From the NCBI RefSeq assembly GCF_000150275.1, contig NW_002060951.1:1498297-1562296 (forward strand): 64,000 bases of DNA, written 5' to 3'. Shown piece by piece: positions 57,562 through 64,000 of this stretch (within the stretch, counting starts at the first letter, position 1; the number at the start of each line of letters is the position of its first letter). The position numbers were made by a program, and so were the translations under genes. The DNA is from Trichoplax adhaerens (taxonomy: Eukaryota; Animalia; Placozoa). The notes beneath the pieces were generated by a model, which was not told where the DNA came from, made no database searches, and saw nothing but the letters and a program-made list of their open reading frames with translations.

Positions 57562-59348
57562 TACTGTACAGTGTACAGTACTGTACAGCGTGTTTACATT
57601 CGCTTTAGAGTATAAGAATTCTATTTAAATGCTATTATCAATATTAAAACTGTATAGATTTTATACCAGCATGTAGCTAATGAACTAAAGATTCTATATT
57701 AGTTACTAAAAGTAAATTTTAAATAACACTTGAATCATTATATCTACATAAACTTATGGATTTGCTACAGTACATAGTAAAATCTGCTGCAATACAGGCT
57801 TGGACCACCCACTCTCTGATACTGTACAGTAGACATCGGTGCTCCGACTGGACTTACCATACAGTACATTACGTATTCAAATGTGCTGCGAAAAGCAGAC
57901 AAACCCACTTTTGAATTTATTGATCTCATTTATTTATTTTTTTTTCGTACACTCGTTGAAACTACTCTGCCAATGCATTCTCTCCCTTCTCTCTCAAGGT
58001 TTCGCCTCTTGTTTGTCTGGCTAAACGGTGAACATCGAGGCAGGAAATGACTGTCTACCCATTGTGAGATGTTGATAAGATTCCATATTATACAATGTAC
58101 AGTAAACATCAATATGCTCAGTGTCAAGTGATAATAGAATGTACTACACAGGTATTGATACAGGCCATATATGCCAAACAGGCAATATAGAAAACATTAT
58201 ACTGTATATGATATATATTGTTATCATTGCTTATATGTTATACATGTTGTATATTTAGTATATCTTGAACACAAGATAAATTCGAAACTATGGCGTAAAA
58301 GCAAAGGAAGAGTTTAATATCATATACGTATAATATACTGTATGTACTGTAGATATAAGTAATTGATCATGATCATTTATACCCAAGCTTCAATATCAAC
58401 TTTTCTAATCTAAATCTTACTATTACTCCCTAATATACTGTATGTAACAGTATCTAAATTCGGTAGAGATTGAAAACCTTTTTATGAATTTTTACTACAG
58501 CCTGCATACAATAAGTTGGTATCAGGTATCGATAAGATCGATCAAAACCCTATACTGGTAGTACAGTAGCATACTGTATATTGCAATATTCTCCTTACTA
58601 TCAGTAAGCAAGTACACGAAGCATCACGAGCTATGGGTCTAGTGATCCCCTTAAAATAACCATACAGTACAGTACAATAGACATAAGGGAGATTGCCAGG
58701 AATGCTAACGATGGAATAGTATAATACCGTAATTTGAAATACGGACGGCAAAAAGTAAACGATCACAAATGTTGGAAATTATTACTGGTATTATCACAAA
58801 ATTTTGCTTGAACACTTCAGACTATAGCCGACATGAGGGGATGCCCTGAATAAAGTTCTTTGTTGGTAAAATACGTATCAATTAAATAAAAAGTTCTTAG
58901 ATTTGCTAAATAAAACCATACTAAATGAAGATATTTCTCTCCCAGTGCGGTATTATTCGCTGCAAACTTTAAAAGACTCACGGCGTGTCTTCTTGCATAT
59001 GTGACATGCACTGTGCGTCATATACCAGTATTCAATTCATTTTTTCAAGTGTAGAATTAATAAAATACAAAATGAATATCTAAGATTCTCATTTTTAATC
59101 ACATACAATTCTAAATACATCAGATAATTGCAGTAAATTAATGAATTAATATAACATGCTATTTTATTATCTTTTATTCTATTCTATAAATTAGTATAGA
59201 AACTGTTCAAAAACAAATCCATGGTGTATTAATTGCTTTTCTTTTTTAAATAGTGCCGATGGCATTGTCTATAATCCCAAATATATATATATAGCAATAT
59301 ATGTACAAATACTGAGAGCTACAATATTTCCAATTCGAAAAGGCTATA

Positions 59349-62300
59349 TTAGCTTAATAGCGGTGATATTTCGCTAGTATCGGAAGAGTAGGAGATAGTT
59401 TTCTCAGCATCCGGGGACACTTTTCTGATAAAATAAGGATTTTTAAATAATCAATAATTATTACAAATCAGTACAGAAAATGATAATAATCTATGATTAC
59501 TCCGCTCCTACCGAAAGATGTGATTACGCTGTTTTCTTTCCCAGAGAGTCAAAAATACGATCAGCAGAGCCTTTCGGAGGAAGATAGCAAAAACATATAA
59601 TACTTAAAATCCCTTACACCTTTTTATACATTTCAGATTTATGCTTTCGTAAAATTTAAATGAATAACGCTACGGTAAGGTATTTTCTGGCGCTATGATT
59701 ATACCTGAGCTACGAAAAGAAATCCCAGTACCTACAAAGTACAGAAAATGGTTATCACGTTTTGCTATTTAGAATGGTAATAGTAGTAACAGCATAGTTG
59801 TTTTTTTGATGAAAAAGGAAAGCGTAATGAATGCTGCAACTTAACATGACATAATCAGTAAGCTTGATATTGTATCAGTAATAAATTTTGCTACAGAAAA
59901 TTGAATTTCTGGGAATTTTCAAAATCTTATTTTTCATGCTATAAAATTTTTCTTCCATTAACTTAAATTAAAAACGCTACTTGAAATAAATTACATACTG
60001 ATATGGTCCAATCGAAGGATGAGCTTGCAGAAGTAAAGGCGATGCCACTAATTACAGGACCTAATACTTGACTTTAATTAAATTTGCTATGTTATATTCA
60101 TGTTATTGGATGTTGCGTAAATTGGTAAAATTACTAAAATTGCACAAACCCTAGAGCACTGAATGCAGTAAATACTCCAGAAACCACAGAAACTGTGGTA
60201 AAATCGCCGTCACCGGTAGTCACTGCCACTTCATCATCATCACTGCTATAAAACAATTAGAAATGGTATTACTACAAATCATACGGAATATACAATTATT
60301 CCATAATTCACCCTGAATTCATCGTAGCAGAAGCCAGAATATCAGCGTAAGTTGGTGTAAATACCGCTGCAGTCCCTATTCCAGTTATAACAAGTGATGG
60401 AATAATTTGCGCGATAGAGCTAATATTATAAAACAATACTACATATTAGTGATATAGTATTTTTATGCCTCGATAGATTATTACAGCCAACTACAGTTTC
60501 GAATAATAACAAAAATACAAAAATTAATTAGAAAATATACAGCGGAATTTTCAGATATGGAGCGGGTCCAATGAATTGTGACGTTACTCCTATAGTAAAG
60601 CAACCACCAATAACGAACAGTCGATAGCCCTGGAAAGATGATACATTTTTAAAGATAAATTAAGTCAAGGCCACTAAAATGTGTTTCTTCAATGTCTAAA
60701 TCAATGAGTAAATAAAATACGCTCATACAAGATTGTTCTTTAGGGGTGTATTAATACAATTAATTTATTACAATCTAATATGAGTATAAACTAGTCCGAC
60801 AATAGCAAAATCGTATCATATTTTACGTCAATCATACTCGTAGACTCATTCATTACTAACAAAGCGGTCAGATAGGAATCCAAGTACAGGTGAAAATACC
60901 ATATAACTAATGCTTAGTGGAAGGAAAAACAAGCCCACTACCACTGGCGTAAAATGAAACTATAATTGACAAAAGCAAGCGCAAAAAATTTATTCCAATG
61001 GTATATTACAGGCCAAAATGAAGAATTAAGTATTTCGGGTTTATATAAGGCAATTGATGTTATAGTTTCATACCGGTTTGATGTGCAATGCGAAACCTAA
61101 GTCTAATGCACCAAATAGGATATTCAGTAATACCATAGTGCAGGCTTTTAAGGAAATAAATAAGACTAGGCATTAATCAACAATCGCCTTGCATTTCTGT
61201 AAATTCAAACTTTAAATTTTTTAAATTTAATATCTAATGCGCTACTGAAATTCGCATATGATTAAAGATTTTATAACAGCAGACATCATATATATTCTTA
61301 CACATTAAAATCACACGTGGGCAAATTAGTAATTTCTTCATTAGAGCTCCAGGAGCAGACGTACTAGTATCTAAAGCATAGATTATAATTATTCAATACA
61401 CAGAAATAAGTGCTCTCATGCTAATAATAAGTCATACTTAAAACATAAAATTTACATTGCAAATATTAAATACTGTATGCAAGCTCCTCTAGAAGATATA
61501 CTAGATCTAATATTTATACACTATCTATACTTCGATGAAAACTTACGTTTAATTGTAGGTAAGAAGAAAATTGCTGTAAATCCAACTACTAGCATTGTGG
61601 ACCCTATAACAAGAAAGGGTAGTTTAAAACCACCCGCCTAATAAAAAATTGAAATATGTTATTGATGATCGAAAGAACGAAAAGTAACATTTTAATCAAA
61701 TACTACCAATATTATTTAAATTCTTAAACCTGATAAAGCAATCCGCCAACGGTAGGTCCAGCTATGAAGCCTAAAGCTGTAAAGGCTTCTATCACACTCT
61801 AAATTTATTGGATAAAAAATTAAAAAGATTACCATTAATAGATCTTATAAAAAAAGTATGTAAAGTAGTTCAGTCAGCTTCTTTCATCATACCTATTGCT
61901 AAGACAAGAATTATTCTATTATCATAGTTATTGTAAGAACTACAAATTGATTTAGACTAAAAAACAGTGCATGGACATTGTTGTGTCCTCAACGAAACTA
62001 GAAAAAACCTGCTCCTATTTCATTCATATCTCACCGTTGCTGAGGCAATATTTCCACTGAATATCGATGATGTTATTGCTAGGGATGCGGTTTGAAAGCA
62101 TGCAAAACCAGTGCCTTGAATACCTCGGGTAATAAGACAAAATCCAACAAATGCCGCATTATTCAGAATGTGTGGTAAAAACCTAGGAGAACGATGGAAA
62201 GAAGATATACTCTTATGAGATATATTGCTACATGTATAAATTCAGCTAGTTATAGCGAGTAATACCACATACTTTTTTACTTCTATTTTACATCAATGAA

Positions 62301-63141
62301 CGACTAAACAATTTTGACTAGATTGAGGCTAGGTACGTAAATTAAATAGCAGATACTCGTAAATTGTAAAGAACTCGATCATAATGTATTTATTAGAAAT
62401 GCTAATTACGGCAATACTAAAGACTTGCTTTATACTATACTGGAATATAGAATAATCTGAAAATTTTTAAAATTCCTCTATTTCATCAAAATACTCGTAC
62501 TATCTTATGCAAGGGTGTGACGATAGAATTTATAATATCTCTTAAAGTAAATTGTATTATAATAGTAGTAATAATGCAGTCCAGTACACATATTGATAAT
62601 AAATATATAATCTACGAATTCAACTCGACAGAAGGCGAATTACAGTACACGATTAACAACTACAACACCGCATCCTACAAACTTACCCAAAGATTACGCT
62701 ACAGCATGATTCAATCAATATGCCAACGCTTAAAACAAACACAACCCCAATATGAGGCATCTTTTAATTGGTGGAGTATGAAATAGAAAAATAAGTAATA
62801 TTTAAAAATTTTGTAATTAATGAAATATCAAGTCTCAATTTTTATACAGTTTATCGAATACGACGATACTAAACAATATAGCACAGTATCTGAAACGATA
62901 CCCCGTACTATTAATATACAGTTACAATTGTTCCTACAGTGCTGAACTACTCTCGATAAGAACAGTTTACACATATAATACAGATTTCGAAGAAATTTAG
63001 AAAGAACTGTAATAGAGATTGTCAGCATCTAAAGAATTAACTCACCATCAACCCACATACGAAAGAAAATAGAAAGTTAGTAGCCGGATATATAGCGAAG
63101 ATTAAGCCAACTTCAAACTGATTGACATTTCTGTTGTGAGC
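59349..63141 (-). CDS. SLC18B1: MFS-type transporter SLC18B1-like (vesicular amine/polyamine transporter family); 5' exon(s) not found in window
   Basis: 15 in-phase exons on the minus strand: 63141-63046, 62760-62687, 62182-62035, 61798-61730, 61637-61547, 61370-61302, 61144-61074, 60959-60861, 60629-60541, 60419-60312, 60245-60150, 60071-59999, 59731-59705, 59570-59512, 59424-59349. Motifs VGLIFAIY, RGIQGTG, EAFTALGFIAGPTVGGLLYQAGGFKLPF, SPVLGFLSDRFG, SGVFTAFSALGQVLGP. TM1 is not seen before 64000. Confidence 0.88.
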
Positions 63142-64000
63142 CTGAAACCGATTACAAGAATAAAATGAATACTATCCAATTTCCTCTTTCACTCGGAATA
63201 TAATCTGATTGTCTTTAACGGGCTATCAATTAACTAATTAATTACATTATACTGTATATATTATATCATATATATTACAGCAACACACAAAATTAGGAAA
63301 TTTGCACACAACTCATTGCTGAAGATAGCATACCAAGGAATTTTAATTAACACAGGATTTACGATTGCTGCTGTCAAAAATAAATTCATTCACGATTGGG
63401 GAGTAAAATAGTCTACGTGATGTAGTATAACATGTCAAACGTTAGCTTAATTATCACTTCAACAATATTGCGTTGCTACAGTTTAAATTGTTAATAATCA
63501 AGTTTTTTGTAATAAGCAATTAATCCAATTGTCGATCTTACATTCTATTGTATCTGTATCACTTGATTTTTAAACATAGACTTCCTATTATTTAATTATA
63601 GTCATTTTCTTTCAATTCAATTCGAAAGAACATCGATTAGTAATTAATTGATTTACTTAACGGCTATCAATATTTAGACAATCAGATTGAGTTCAGAAAT
63701 ATTGTATAATACAACATCAACTACGGTTTACGGGATTACCGTAATAATAACATACAAGTAATACTGCTCACATAACTCAGTTTAATCATGGATTACTATT
63801 TAGTAATTGTCATTACCACAGTTGTGACATAGATAACTTTCCCTATTGAAAATATTGCTAGTTCTTAGTGAAATTATCTTATCAGCTAAATACTTAAGAC
63901 CCGCTCCACACTAGATAAAAATTCTTTTTATTAGCATAAAAGAAATTTTACTACAACTTCATCAGCCTCCTCTAGCTAGTTAATTATGAAGCTCTAGATA

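Overview
AT-rich eukaryotic (animal) genomic DNA with short GT-AG introns. The compact introns and tandem GABA-B-like receptors resemble a placozoan such as Trichoplax; this is an inference. Genes rebuilt by hand from splice sites are: two intact 14-exon GABA-B-like class C GPCR paralogs (+, 1186-7565 and 19401-27934), PTGR1 (+, 31991-35087), an intronless and very acidic secreted protein with aromatic motifs (+, 39293-40180), a compact Elongin A (+, 44032-48801), TRAM1 (-, 50283-56506) and a 5'-truncated SLC18B1-like MFS transporter (-, 59349-63141). The apparently empty spacers hold colinear, decayed fragments of further GABA-B-like copies at about 8.5-10.7, 11-13, 13.5-17 and 36-41 kb, and the acidic-protein gene appears to sit inside the last of these. 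Also present are a decayed RTE-like reverse transcriptase fragment, a hAT-like MITE tandem array, a second TIR element, a 79-bp minisatellite upstream of TRAM1 and several local duplications. All alignments were made by eye and no searches were run.
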